Source: Cetorhinus maximus (Eukaryota). Taken from it: DNA of 64,000 bases. A program made the position numbers and the translations under genes. Numbering within the stretch: position 1 is the stretch's first letter; each line of letters begins with the position of its first letter. The notes under the pieces are model-generated. The model saw only the letters and a program-made list of their open reading frames with translations, ran no database searches and was not told the origin of the DNA. The stretch is from contig NC_135901.1 of assembly GCF_964194155.1 (NCBI RefSeq), positions 2,232,001 through 2,296,000 of the forward strand, written 5' to 3'. Shown here one piece after another: positions 26,761-39,889 of the stretch.

Positions 26761-28259
26761 ATAGGGAAATTGATGTTTATTGATTAGTCTTAGTTTAGAT
26801 CACACGATCAAATTATATTGATCAATTAACTTTATGGTATATTATCCTTTTAAACTGTAACCAATAGAGGACTTCAGCATTTAATATCATGTGACTCTGC
26901 TTACCTTCACTTGACAAATAAAGGCACCACAGGACTTTAGACACAATGGAGGTAACATACTAATGAGTTAATTACAGAACAACTGCTGAAGAGGCCCCTG
27001 TTGTATGCATTTCCATTTCACAGAGCCACATTGTGAGAACTTGCCACTTTCAAGGTTGAATGGGCAAGCTTACATCCCCCCACATCGTAATACCTTATCG
27101 AAACCTGGTGTTATCAGGAAAGGAAAGTTAGGAAGGATTTATTGTAGAGAGGAGGGAAAGAATAACAACAGCTGTGTTCTACCTTAAGCTAGTTTTAATT
27201 TATAGTGTTTTCGAAGAAAGCAATTACATTTGGCTCAATGTATTCTTTGTTTTAATCTTTGTTGTTAATTTTTATAACATTGTGTTTTGTAACTGTATTA
27301 TCCTTTTAGATTTTTATCACTATGTAATAACTGAATGTAGAAGGAGACTTTACGACCTTACATTTTAAACACTAATTATTGATATGCACTTATATTTTAT
27401 ACGCACTCTTATAACTTTTAAGTATTACCTATTTTGTAATCTTCTGTAATAGGCCTACATAGTCTTAAGCAACTTTTCTATTCTATCCTTTGTTTTAAAA
27501 GTAAAGTAACAATTACCAACAGCACAAAAAAGAAACACCTAGCAAATGGCCTCGTAAACAAAGTTACTGATAAAGGTTCTGATTTAATAAGGAACCTGCA
27601 CCAATTCAGCAAAGTTTGAGACAACCATCTCAAGGTATCATTCATGAGGCATGACAGCATACTAAACAAATAGCCAAGGAAGATATCATAAAACCTCATT
27701 TTATCTTGGCAAGAAGTTATTAAAATAACAGAAACAAACTTTAATGAGGAGGATGGTCCTATAAGTAACTGGAATTTTAAGGAACCAGTCAAGGGATACT
27801 GGTAGGTGACATCAGTCGATGACCATCACCCTTAGGAACCAATCACAGATTGATCACACACCCCTTGAGCCAATTAGAAAATAGCCTCGCCTTGTTTAGG
27901 CCAATCAGAATGCAATATCATTGATCATACTGTGGATTGTGACTTGTAAAGAGTTAATAAGCAGCAGCTTTCACCAAGCCACGCTGAATTTGAAACTGAA
28001 AACTGCTTGTCGGCTGAAAGCAGAAAACCAGAAGGCTCCAGAGAGAGAAAGAAGACCAAGTGTCGACCTGCATCCAGAGCTGAACCGGGAAGCAAGAACC
28101 GTAGTACGCCTGTAAAGTCACTGCCCTGCTGTGATAAGTATGAACTTAGAACTTATTAAAGTTTCCTGAATCACTTGTTTCCTATTGCCTGAATCGTTAA
28201 AGTCTCAAATGAACAAAATTGGAATTTAAGTTCAAATGGTACTGAGAACTTTCTGCTGC

Positions 28260-28875
28260 CACTTTCGGCCCTGAAAAGTGCCCAGTCTACCTCAGGAAGG
28301 GCAAGGTATCTGAAAAATGTATGCAACAGATGAAGCTAGCAGTTTCATGCTGCTACTATGCAGCAGCAACATGAATGGTAGTCACCACTAAAAGAATGCT
28401 GCCATCAAGCCAAAAAGACATTTTACCTATCACACAAATGAGTGATGTGGTATATAAATTTCAGTGCCAGTGTGATGCTGGGTATGTAGGCTGTACATCC
28501 CAAAGACGGGCAGATCTTATCAAACTGCATGTCCCAGCCGCTGTTCACAACCGGCAGGGTACAGACCGTAGACAACCAGCCCGTGCTTGCAAAACTCAAA
28601 ACACAGTGGCCAACATTAGATGTGATTCTACAATTGGACATTTGCTAAGTAACCCTCAATGTGCTTAGAATTACACTCACAACCAATTTAAGATTGCCAG
28701 TCAGGCGTGCAATGTGGTGCATTGCGTCTACTGGAAGCTACATCTATTAAGACACAAGGCCCTGTTCTTTGCAGACAGAAAGAACATGTACAAAGATTGT
28801 GTCTGTTTCAATTGAACAGAATAAGTGACAGCCATTTGCTGACTCATTCCTCAGGGCAATGTCTTGACCAATCTG
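28260..28875 (+). mobile_element. Penelope-like GIY-YIG fragment
   Basis: SDVVYKFQCQCDAGYVGCTSQR; similar to 8480-9060. Confidence 0.75.
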
Positions 28876-28879
28876 ACCC

Positions 28880-30240
28880 CATCCAATGACTTACTATTGC
28901 CTACTCTGATTCTATCAAACTCCCTAAGTATTCTACTTACCTCGGTGCTACTCTCTGATGTATCCCCCTTATCAGTTAATACTTCACTATTTCCCACTGT
29001 CAGTTTTTCTGCTCTCCAATCTGATTTTTCCTTCAGGTTCCTACCCCTCTCCCAATCTAGTTTAAACCCTCCCCAACAGCACTAGCAAACCTCCCAACAA
29101 AGACATTAGTCCCAGTCCTGTTAAGGTATAACCCGTCCTTCTTGTACAGATCCCACCTGCCACAGAACCGATCCTAATGCCTCAGAAGTCCAAAGCCCTC
29201 CCTCCTACTTCATTTCTCCAGCCAAATGTTGAACAGCTCAATCTTTCTATTGTTATGTTCACGAGCACGTGGCACTGGGAGTAATCCTGGGATTACTAAC
29301 TCTTGAGGTCCTGCTCTTTAATTCCCTCCCTAACTCCCTAAAATCTGCTTTCAGGGCCTTATTCCTTTTCCTACCTATGTCATTGGTCCCAATGTGGATC
29401 ATGACCTCTGGCTGTTCACCCTCTGCCAAAAGAATGTCCTGCAGCCACTCTGTGACATCCTTGACCCTGGCACCAGGGAGGCAACATACCATCCTGGAGT
29501 CAGGCCTATAGCTGTAGAAACAACTGTCTGCTCCCCTAACTATGGAATCCCCTACCACTATACCTTTTCCACACTTTCTGCTCTCTCTTGTGCAGCTGAG
29601 CCACAATCTTGGCTCTTGTTACAGTCCTCTGAGGAACCATCTTGATCAGCAGTATCCAAAATGGAAAAGCAGTTAGAGAGCAAGATAACCTCAGGGGATT
29701 TCTGCACTTCCTGCCTGTTTCTTTCAGATACTATGGAGATCACCCATTCCCTCTCTGCTGTGTACTTCTTAGCTGCAGTGTGACCACCTTTCTTAACGTG
29801 CTATCCACATAATCCTCAGCCTTGTGGATGCGCCACAGACTCCAGCCACTGCTCAAGTTCCGCAACCTGCAGCTCAAGTTTCTCCAGCTGGTGACACTTC
29901 CTGCAGATATAGTCATCGAAGGCACTTTGTGCCTGCACAAGTTACCACATCTTGCAGGATGCACATTCCACATGGCCAAGCTGCAGTCCCATATCTTAAA
30001 CTTTATATAAACTGTTTACTACAGTATGGTACAATATAATAACCAACCTGTCACTTACCAATTGTCTCTCTTCTCTGTGGTGAGTCCGGAAAGGCCTATA
30101 CTTACCAACTAATCAACTTATGGGACTCCTGTCATGTCACTTTTAGATTTTCTCTGTAAACTCCTGGCTCTCCCTCTCTCTGCCTTTTTGGACTCTCTCT
30201 TTCTCCCTGAACTCCTGCTGCTTTATAGGCTTCCACTGTA
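28880..30240 (-). mobile_element. CR1 LINE ORF1 (SGNH esterase-like) and 5' region
   Basis: IVVGDSIVRG..CCLPGARVKDV..IHIGTND esterase motifs with an upstream Cys-rich segment. Confidence 0.8.
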
Positions 30241-30559
30241 GCAAAGTAAGAGTCAGCTACTGCAGGCAGAGAAAAGATAGAAAATGAAAGGATCACCTCC
30301 TTCCCTCTTCACTGAACTCCCTCAACTCACCAAACACCAACTTAAGCCCTCTAATGCAGCCCAAAGAAGAACGGCAGTGCAACCGATTCCACATCCTGAG
30401 AGATACTGTAACCGGAGTAATTTTGTCAGTTTTGTTGGCCATCAATGTAACTATTGTGACTTGACTGTCTATTGTAACAACTGTGATTGGGCCATAGATG
30501 GAACTAACAGATGTTAGTAAGCTAACAGGTCAAGAAGCCATTTTGAACTAATCCAGGAG

Positions 30560-32550
30560 ACATGGATGACCAGAGATGTTCAGGTTATGATGAGAAGGAA
30601 AAGAGAGGCTTTTAGCAGGTACAAGGGAAGCAAACCAGCTGAGGCATTAGTGGAGTACAGACAGTGCAGGGTGGAGCTTAAGAAAGCAATTAGGAGAGCA
30701 AAGAGGGGATATGAGAAACCTCTGGCTGGTAAAAGTAGAGAAAATCCCAAGATATTCTATAAGTATATCAATGGGAAGAGGATAACCAGGGGAAGAGTAG
30801 GGACAAAGGGGGCAATCTATGGGTGGAGCCAGAGGACATCGCTCGAGTGTTGAATGAATACTTCACATCCGGCTTCACCCAAGAGAGTGAGGAGGAAGGT
30901 TATCGAACTCGGTGAAAGAGACTGCAAGGTTCTTAAGCAAATTGATATAGGGAGTGACAAGGTATTGGAGGTGTTGGCAGGCTTAAAAGTGAACAAATCT
31001 TCAGGTCCAGATGAGTTGTGTCCCAGACTACTGAGGGAGGCAAGGGAGGAGATCGAAGGGGCTCTGACCCAAATTTTTAATTCCTGTCTGGCCAAGGGGG
31101 AGGTGCCAGAGGACTGGAGAAGAGCTAATGTGGTTCCACTATTTAAGAAGTGTTGTAGATGTAAGCCAGGGAACTACAGGCCAGTGAGTCTCACGTCAGT
31201 GGTAGGGAAACTCTTGGAGAAATTTCTGAAGCAGAGTATCTATCTCCACTTGGAAAGGCAAGGTTTGATCAGGGATAGTCAGCATGGCTTTGTCAGAGGG
31301 AGGTCATGCCTAATAAATTTGAATGAATTTTTTGAGGAGGTGACCAGGTGTGTAGATGAGGGTAGTGTAGTTGATGTAGTTTATATGGATTTCAGCAAAG
31401 CCTTTGACAAGGTCCCATATGGGAGACTTATAAAGAAGGCAAATGCACATGGGATACATGGTAATTTGAAAAGGTTGATTCAAAATTGGCTTAGTTGTAG
31501 GAGGCAGAGGGTGATGACAGGATGTTTAGCGACTGGAAGCCAGTGTCCAGTGGCGTACCACAGGGATCTGTGCTCGGTCCCCTATTATTTGTCATTTATA
31601 TAAACGACATAGATGACTATGCGGGGGGTAGGTTTAGTAAGTTTGCGGATGACACAAAGATTGGCCGGGTGGTTACCAGTGAGGTTGAGTGTCTTGGGCT
31701 ACAGGAAGATATAAACGGGATGGTCAAATGGGCAGATAAGTGGCAGATGGAATTTAACCCTGAAAAGTGTGAGGTGATACACTTTGGAAGGAGTAATTTG
31801 ACAAGGAAGTATTCAATGAATGGCACGGCACTAGGAAGTTCTGAGGAACAAAGGGACCTTGGCATGTGTCCATAGATCTCTGAAGGTGGAGGGGCAAGTT
31901 AGTGGGGTGGTGAAAAAGGCATTTGGGACATTTGCCTTTATCAATTGAGGCATAGATTACAAAAGTAAGGAGGTCATGTTGGAGTTGTATAGAACCTTGG
32001 TGAGGCCACAGCTGGAGTACTGTGTGCAGTTCTGGTCGCCACATAATAGGAAGGATGAGATTGCACTGGAGGGGGTGCAGAGGAGATTCACCAGGATGTT
32101 GCCTGGGATGAAATATTCACGTTATGAAGAGAGGTTGGATAGACTTGGGTTGTTTTCATTGGAGCAGAGAAGACTGAGGGGCGACCTGATCGAGGTGTAC
32201 AAGATTATGAGGGGCACGGACAGGGTGGATAGGTAGCAGCTGTTCCCCTTAGTTGAAGGGTCAGTCACAAGGGGGCATAAGTTCAAGGTGAGGGGCAGGA
32301 GGTTTAGGGAGGATGTGAGGAAAACCTTTTTACCCAGAGGGTGGTGACGGTCTGGAATGCGCTGCCTGGGAGGGTGGTGGAGGCGGGTTGCCTCACATCC
32401 TTTAAAAAGTACCTGGATGAGCACTTGGCACGTTAAAACATTCAAGGCAAGGCTGGTAAATGGGATTAGGTAGGTAGGTCAGGTGTTTCTCATGTGTTGG
32501 TGCAGACATGATGGGCCGAAGGGCCTCTTCTGCACTGTGATTCTGTGATA
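30560..32550 (+). mobile_element. 5'-truncated CR1 LINE ORF2 (RT)
   Basis: [48 protein letters not shown], and a tail ending ..gattctgtgat. Confidence 0.92.
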
Positions 32551-33399
32551 GTAATATAAACCAGTTACTGCATGAATGGAAACCGGCCAGGAATGATTGA
32601 ACAAAGTAGAGAGACTCAATTGTGAGACAGTTGAAGGATAAGCAATTAATCAATAGATGTATTGGTAAAGGCTGGACATATAACCTGGGACAGAAAGTCT
32701 GTAATGCTTACCCATAATTTTAAATGTACTAAACGTACATTATAAGACAGTGCATTGTAAAATGATCTTTCACAGACCAATCTAGAAAGATAAGTTGTGC
32801 TAAGTCGAAGTCTTTATGTCCTTGGGGAGTAACATAAAGATGGGTAAAGAATAAGGCATTATTGAAGAATTATTAAAAATCAGATACTGAAACATCGGGA
32901 GTAGCCCCATTTTATTACTGTGTGGAAAGATGCTCACATATGTGAGAAACAAATTATAAATAAGCAGACAGTTAATTATTGTTTGACAGTTAGGCTAATT
33001 TGAGATAAGAAAATAAGAGTTAAGGGGATCAAATGAAGGTGTGGAGAAGCCATTTTGCTGGCATGTTATCCACGCACTGAGTGTTTGAGACAGGATTCTG
33101 AAAGATCGACTGTCGACGGGCGAGCAGAGGGTTAGCATCACTTCACACCTTCAGCTTGATCACCCGAGGAAGGTGTGAGAAGTCTGCTTAGTTGTTAAGC
33201 TTTTTCCTTTTACTGTTAATTGAAACTTAGTTTTCTAATTTTTTAACTTGTTACCTTTCTACCGTTTAATTGTTAACAAATCTTTTAAATTTACCATCTG
33301 AAGTATTCAGTCTTGTCCGATGATTGAGTCTAGTGTGAACCAAATGATTTATTAGATAATACACAAATGGGGACATCAGGTCAAATGAGTTATACCCCA

Positions 33400-34240
33400 T
33401 GAACTATCTGTAATGCCCTTTACACCATGAGTTCTGATTTTGTGCAGTAACCTTTGATGTGACACTTTGTCAAATGCCTTCTGGAAATCGAAGTACAGCA
33501 CATCCACAGGTTCCCCTTAGCTTGTTGCTTGTTACTTCCCCAAAGAACACTAATAAATCAGTCAGGCATGATTTCTGTTTCACAAAACCATGTTGACGCT
33601 GCCTGATTACATTGAGACTTTTTAAGTGTTCATTAGAACCTCCTGAATAATAGATTCTAGGATTTTCCCAATGACATATGTTAAACTAACTGGCCTGTAG
33701 TTTCCTGCTTTCTGTCTCCCTCCTTGAATAGAAGAGTCACATTCACTATTTTCCAATCTGATGAGATCTTTCCAGAATCTAGGGAATTTTGGAAAATTAA
33801 AACCAATGCATCTACTATTTCAGCAGCCACTTCTTTTAAGACCTTAGGATGAAGTCCATCAGGACCAGGGGACTTGTCAGTTTTTAGTTCTAATAATTTT
33901 CCCTGGTGCCTGTTATAAGTTCCCTGTAATTGTTTTAAGTTCCTCTCTCCCTTTCACCTCCTGATTCACAATCATTTCTGGCAGGTTATTTGTATTCTTT
34001 GCAGTGAAGACAGGCGCAAAAATCTGTTGTGTTTGTCCGCCATTTCCTTATTTTCCATCATTAATTCCCCAGACTCACTCTCCAGAGGACCAATGCTCAC
34101 TTTACTGATTCTTTTCCTTTTTAAATACTTGTCGAAACTCCACCTGTTTTTATATTTCTAGATAGCTTTCTCTTGCAGTCTAATTTCTCCTTCTTTATTA
34201 ATATTTTAGTCATTCTTTGCTGTTCCTTATATTCTTTATA
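33400..34240 (-). mobile_element. Old CR1 ORF2 fragment
   Basis: Reverse strand shows DVLYFDFQKAFDKV, NYRPVSL and KSPGPDGLHPKVL motifs. Confidence 0.75.
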
Positions 34241-34454
34241 TGGTATTATAAAAACTGCAGCATTCCAATTGTTGTTGACGGTTCCCGTGTGTTCGGCTCT
34301 CAGCTGCAGGCAGCGCCTGGTTCAGTTTTACCCAACACATCTATGTCTGTGATGTCGCATTCATCTCATATTTATAAAGCTACTTTCACGCAGTGAGAAA
34401 CATTCCAAGGGGCTTCACAGGAGTGATGACCCTGAGCCACATAAGGAGATGTGA

Positions 34455-34672
34455 GGATGTTAAACTGAGGGTCCCTTCTGCTCTCTCAGGCGGATGTGAA
34501 AGATCCCATGGCTGCTATTTTTAAGAAGAGCAGGGGCGCACTCCATGGTGAGGGCAATATTTCACCCTCAACCAATCTGACTAAAAACAGGTCATTTCTG
34601 GTCATGATCACATTGCTGTTGAGGAGGTTTACTGCGCACAGAGACGTCCTGAGATTGTGAAAGGCACTTTAC
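34455..34672 (+). mobile_element. SacSINE1/DeuSINE-like fragment
   Basis: aaagatcccatgg..gaagaagagcagggg..atcacattgctgtt core; similar to 56345-56790. Confidence 0.65.
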
Positions 34673-34787
34673 AATTCTGTCAACTCCAGCCCGGATACTG
34701 TGATTAGCAACAACACTTACCCAATATCATAATTAATAAGGTTCACTCCTGAATCTGATTAACAGCAGCAGAATTTGAACAGTGCAG

Positions 34788-35825
34788 TCACGTGTGAATT
34801 CGCTGGTGTGTCAGCAGGTTAGAAGATCGATTAAATCTCTTCCCACACACGGAGCAGGTGAAGGGCCTCTCCCCAGTGTGAACTCGCTGGTGAGTCAGCA
34901 GGTTGGATGAATGAGTAAATCCCTTCCCACACACGGGACAGGTGAAGGGTCTCTCCCCAGTGTGAACTCGCTGGTGTCTCAGCAGGTTGGATGATCGATT
35001 AAATCCCTTCCCACACACGGGACAGGTGAATGGCCTCTCCCCGGTGTGAACTCGCTGGTGTGTGAGCAAGTGGGATGGTCGTGTGAATCCCTTTCCACAT
35101 TCAGAGCAGGTGAAGGGCCTCTCCCCAGTGTGAACTAGCTGGTGTGTCAGCAGGTTGGATGACTGGGTGAATCCCTTCCCACATTTGGAGCAGGAGAACG
35201 GCCTTTCCCCAGTGTGAACTCGTTCATGTACAGTAAGTTCAGATGATCGTCTGAACCCAGTCGCACAGTGAGAGCACCTGAACGGTCTCTCATCAGTGTG
35301 AATACGTTGATGATATTGCAGATCCCCAGAACCTTTGAAGCACTTTCCACAGTCTGGACATTTAAAAGGTCTCTCGTCAGTGTGAACCCGTTGATGTGTC
35401 AGAAGGTGGGGCGATGTCCTGAACCTCTTCCCACACTGTGAGCAGCTGAACGGTGCATACCCGGTGTGAATGCGCTGGTGCTCCCTCAGTCCATGTGGGT
35501 TTTTAAAGCTCTTTTCACAGTCAGGGCATTTAAACTCTCTCTTTTCAGCGTGGACTTGCTGGTGTTTCAGCAGGTGGGATGAGAGAGTGAATCCTTTTCC
35601 ACACACGGAGCAGGTGAACGGCCTCTCCCCAGTGTGAAGTCGCTGGTGTCTCTGAAGGCAGACTAACTGAATGAATCCCTTCCCACACACGGAGCAGATG
35701 AATGGCCTCTCCCCGGTGTGACTGCGTCGATGAGTTTCCAGATCAGACGGGGATCTGAATACCTTCCCACAGTCCCCACATTTCCACGGTTTCTCCCTGG
35801 TGTGAACGGTGCTTTTTGCTTCCAT
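34788..35825 (-). CDS. C2H2 zinc-finger protein, 12 fingers (about 345 aa from MEAKS; upstream exon frame also open)
   Basis: Intact ORF 34788-36041; likely acceptor tttgtag near 35930. Confidence 0.88.
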   Translation of the reverse strand: MEAKSTVHTREKPWKCGDCGKVFRSPSDLETHRRSHTGERPFICSVCGKGFIQLVCLQRHQRLHTGERPFTCSVCGKGFTLSSHLLKHQQVHAEKREFKCPDCEKSFKNPHGLREHQRIHTGYAPFSCSQCGKRFRTSPHLLTHQRVHTDERPFKCPDCGKCFKGSGDLQYHQRIHTDERPFRCSHCATGFRRSSELTVHERVHTGERPFSCSKCGKGFTQSSNLLTHQLVHTGERPFTCSECGKGFTRPSHLLTHQRVHTGERPFTCPVCGKGFNRSSNLLRHQRVHTGERPFTCPVCGKGFTHSSNLLTHQRVHTGERPFTCSVCGKRFNRSSNLLTHQRIHT

Positions 35826-36324
35826 GTTCAAAGGATGATAATATTCAGGTCCTGATGAATCAAGTGACTCTGGCTGATTTTGATGTGATAGTGGTTTGAC
35901 TTTCCAAACTGAAAATCCTTCTAATACTCTACAAAATGAATTTAAAACATAAACAAGGAACTGTGAAACAGAACCGACAAAAACACAAGGACAGGCTGTG
36001 ACATTGAGGTGAATGAATCTGGTAATTTGTGGGACCAGCACGAGGAAAATGTGACCATGGAAGCTACCAGATTGTCATAAAAACCCAACTGGTTCACTAA
36101 TGTCCTTAAGGGAAGGGAACCTGCCTCCCAGTCTGGACCTACACAAGATTCTGGCCTCTATGGGAGAAGAGAGAGTGAGAGGTGGAGGAGGGGAAAAGGA
36201 GATGGATTTCATAGATCTGCAATTCAACCAGAATTTGAAAATTCCAAACCCATGACCCCCACCACCTGGAAAGACATGAGCAACTGGTGCATGGGGAAAA
36301 CCATCAGCTTCAAGACGCACAGCA

Positions 36325-36548
36325 TAGAGTTCACACTGGGGAGAGGCCGGACACCTGCTCCATGTGTGAGAAGGGGTTTAATCCATCATCCAACCGGCTG
36401 ACACACCAGCGAGTTCAGCAGAGACCCCAGGGGTTGGATTCTGCTGTTCATCATATCCAGGACTGAACCATGTTCATTCTGATAGTGTGGGTTTGTTTCT
36501 GCTGATGTTAATAATCTCTGTAACTGGACTGGTGATTTAATATTCTGG
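36325..36548 (+). pseudogene. Orphan ZNF 3' fragment (last finger plus 3' UTR)
   Basis: gttcacactggggagagg..acacaccagcgagttc, then ggggttggattctgctg..ccaggactgaaccatgttcattctga. Confidence 0.75.
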
Positions 36549-36669
36549 AAATCGCCTTCTTTTACTTTGTAACCCTTACTCTTCAAATGAAGCATCTTTC
36601 TTCGGCCTACAACAAACAGTGATTTACTTGTAATTTTTTCCATTTAGTTTCTTTATTCAGTGCTCACCA

Positions 36670-36935
36670 TGTGGTCTGCTCTACGTTGGGAAGATCAAAC
36701 ACAAATTGGGTGATCACTTTGTGGAACAACCTCTGTTCAGTCTGTGAGCTTGACCCTGAGCTTCTGGTCACTTGTCATTTTAATTCTTTGCTCCACTCCC
36801 ACTCTGACCTCTCTGTCCTTGGCCACCTGAGCTGTTCCAATGAAGCTCAATGGGAGCTTGAGGAACAGCAGCTCATCTTTAGATTCGACACTTTACAACC
36901 TTCCGGAACTCAACGTCGAGTTCAGCAGTTTCTGC
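36670..36935 (+). mobile_element. Penelope-like 3' fragment
   Basis: HFNS..HSHSDLSVLG..EAQWELEEQQLIFRFDTLQPSG; same family as 39410-39700. Confidence 0.7.
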
Positions 36936-38559
36936 ACCAACAGGGAGTTGTCAGGATCGGGAACTCTTGACCTCTGGAACCTGATTCTACAGGGAATTTT
37001 AAAAGGAAGTTGACAGGGATTTGAGAATGAGGAATTTACTGATTACAAACAGAATGCATGTGAGTGGGTCTAAATATGACTGCTCTTTCAAAGAGACAGC
37101 AGAAGCACAAAGGGTTGAATGGCCTCTTTCTGTGCTGTAAGTTTCTATGATTCTAGGGGATGGCTATTTAGTCCCTCGTGTCTGTTCCACCATGAAATGA
37201 GATCATGGCTGATCTGTGATCTAACTCTATACACTTGCCTTTGCTCCACATCCATTAATACCTTTGGTTAACAAAGATTGTTCAATGTCATATTTAACAT
37301 TAACATTGATCTTGCATCAACTGTTGTTTGTGGAACAGAGTTCCTCACTTCTACCTCCCTTTGTGTGTAGAGGTGTTTGCTAACTTCACTTCTGAAAGGT
37401 CTAGCTCTCATGTTTACATTATGCCCACTATTGCGTTGATATCCTCTTTAACCAGCAATGCAACTCCACCGCCTTTTCCTTTTTGTCTGTCCTTCCTAAA
37501 TACTGAATACCCCTGGATGTTCAGTTCTCATCCCTGGTTGATGCAAGATCAATGTTAATGTTAAATCTGACATTGAACAATCTTTGTTAACCAAAGGTAT
37601 TAATGACATTAAACAGTCCCAGATTCCCCAACTGGTGGAAATTGTTTCTCTCTATCTATCCATTCAGTTCCAATTAATATTTTGACAACTTTGATCAAAT
37701 CACCCCTTAATCTTCTAAATTCCAGTGAATACAACGCAACTTTGTGTCATCTCGCCTCACAATTTAACACTTGGAGTCCAGGTATCGTTCAGGTAAATCT
37801 GTGCTGCACTCCCTCCAGGGAAAATGTATCCTTCCTGCCCAGAACTGAACACCGTTCTCCAGATGTCGTCTGACCAGGGCTTTGTGTATCCAGATGCTTT
37901 TCCAGTCACAGTGATACCTGAAATTAATTTATTAGGAGAGATGACTGAAACTCGGATTGTGTTTCCAGGAATTTATCCAAGATAGAGAGAAATTATTTCT
38001 GTTAACTGGGGAGTTGTGGACTAGGGGCATAGTCTAAAAATTGTAGCCAGGTCTTTCAGATTGAAATGGGGTAACAATTGTTGACACAAAAACAAAAGTT
38101 TGGAATTCTCTCCCACAAATGACAATTCCCTCACCAATATGACCACCCATTTACACCCCCACCCCCACCTTCCCCTCCCAAGATGGTGATAGACAGTTGC
38201 CTGCATAAACCAGGCCTCTTACCAGGGTTTCCAGGCCCACAGCCACCATGTTTTTTTTATTCTATGATGGGATGTGGGCATTGCCCATCCCAATAGACCT
38301 GGAACTGAGTGGCTTGCTGGACGGTTTCAGAGTGAACCACTTCACTGTGGGTCTGGGGTCACATGTAGGTTGGCAGATTTCCTTCCCTGAAGGAGCGCAG
38401 GTGAACCAGATGAGGTTTTAAAACAACCCATGATAGTTTTATGGTCACAATTTCCGAGACGAGGTTTATATTCCAGATTTATTCACTGAATTGAATCCAT
38501 ATCCTCAGAACAGGGTCTCTGGGTTTCTAGCCCAGTGACATTACCACTAGGCCACCGTC

Positions 38560-38870
38560 TCCCCGAGCCCCGAGCTCGCGTGCGGTTTCCAGGCCCTCCC
38601 CTCCCCCCCCCCACCGTTCCAATCTCCAGCCGTCGGCTTCATTTCTCACCCTTTGTGATCTTAACCCGACCGCCTTCTTCCGGCTCCGATTCCAGTACTG
38701 CGCATGCTTCGGTCGCAGCCTAGCCGCGCCCCTCCATCACTCCGATTGGCTCTGAAACCAGCCGCTGCCGCAGACACGCCCCCTCCTGCTATTGGTCTGG
38801 AGCTGCTGTCAATCAGCCGGGCATTGTGAGCTGTCAGGTGAGAGGTCACTGTCGGGAGCGGGTTCATAAA
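38560..38870. promoter_or_regulatory. CpG-rich promoter, probably for the minus-strand 12-finger gene
   Basis: actgcgcatgc (NRF1-like), cttccgg (ETS-like), two attgg boxes and cacgcccc (Sp/KLF-like). Confidence 0.6.
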
Positions 38871-38874
38871 CACA

Positions 38875-39700
38875 GAGATAAAAACAAAAAACTACTGCGG
38901 ATGCTGGAAATCCAAAACAAGAACAGAATTACCTGGAAAAACTCAGCAGGTCTGGCAGCATCGGCGGAGAAGAAAAGAGTTGACGTTTCGAGTCCTCATG
39001 ACCATTCAGCAGAACTGAGTGAAGTTAGGAGAGGGGTGAAATATAAGCTGGTTTAAGGTCGGGAGGGGGGTGGGGGGGGCGGGGGGGAGAGAAGTTTGAA
39101 GGGGGGCGTGTTGTAGGGACAAGCAAGCAGTGATAGGAGCAGTAATCAAAAGATGTCACAGACAAAAGGATCAAAGAGGTGTTGAAGGTGGTGATATTAT
39201 CTAAGAAAATGTGCTAATTAAGAATGGATGGCAGGACACAAAGTACAGCTCTGGTGGGGTGGAAAGACTGACAGGGTATTATAGTTATAGATTAAAAATA
39301 ATGGAAATAGGTGGGAAAAGAAAAATCTATATAAATTATTGAAAAAAACAAAAGGGAGGGGGAAGAAACGGAAATGGGGGTGGGGAAGGGGGGAGGGATT
39401 TTAAGATCTAAAGTTGTTGAATTCAATATTCAGCCCGGAAGGCTGTAAAGTGCCTAGTCGGAAGATGAGGTGCTGTCCCTCCAGTTTGCGTTGGGCTTCA
39501 CTGGAACAATGCAGCAAGCCAAAGACAGACATGTGGGCAAGAGAGCAGGGTGGAGTGTTAAAATGGCAAGCGACAGGGAGGTTTGGGTCTTTCTTGCAGA
39601 CAGACCGCAGGTGTTCTGCAAAGCAGTCACCCAGTTTGCGTTTGGTCTCTCCAATGTAGAGGAGACCGCATTGGGAGCAACGAATGCAGTAGACTAAGTA
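38875..39700 (-). mobile_element. Penelope-like element 3' part with pseudo-LTR
   Basis: Minus strand ETKRKLGDCFAEHL..HFN..LIFRLGTLQP.GLNIEF, and the terminal block gatgctgccagacctgctgagtttttccag. Confidence 0.75.
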
Positions 39701-39889
39701 ACAACGAATGGTTTCTGCAGTGCAGTCACTGAGAGCTCAATGTCCATTGATCAGTAAAACCATATTCAGTCACAGTGAAATCACTCAATGGGGCAAGATT
39801 AAAACACAAACAGCTGGGAATCAGAAATCAAATCAGTTTTACAAGTTAAAAGCATTATCTGGACGTAAGTGCATAGGAAAAAGCAGCAG

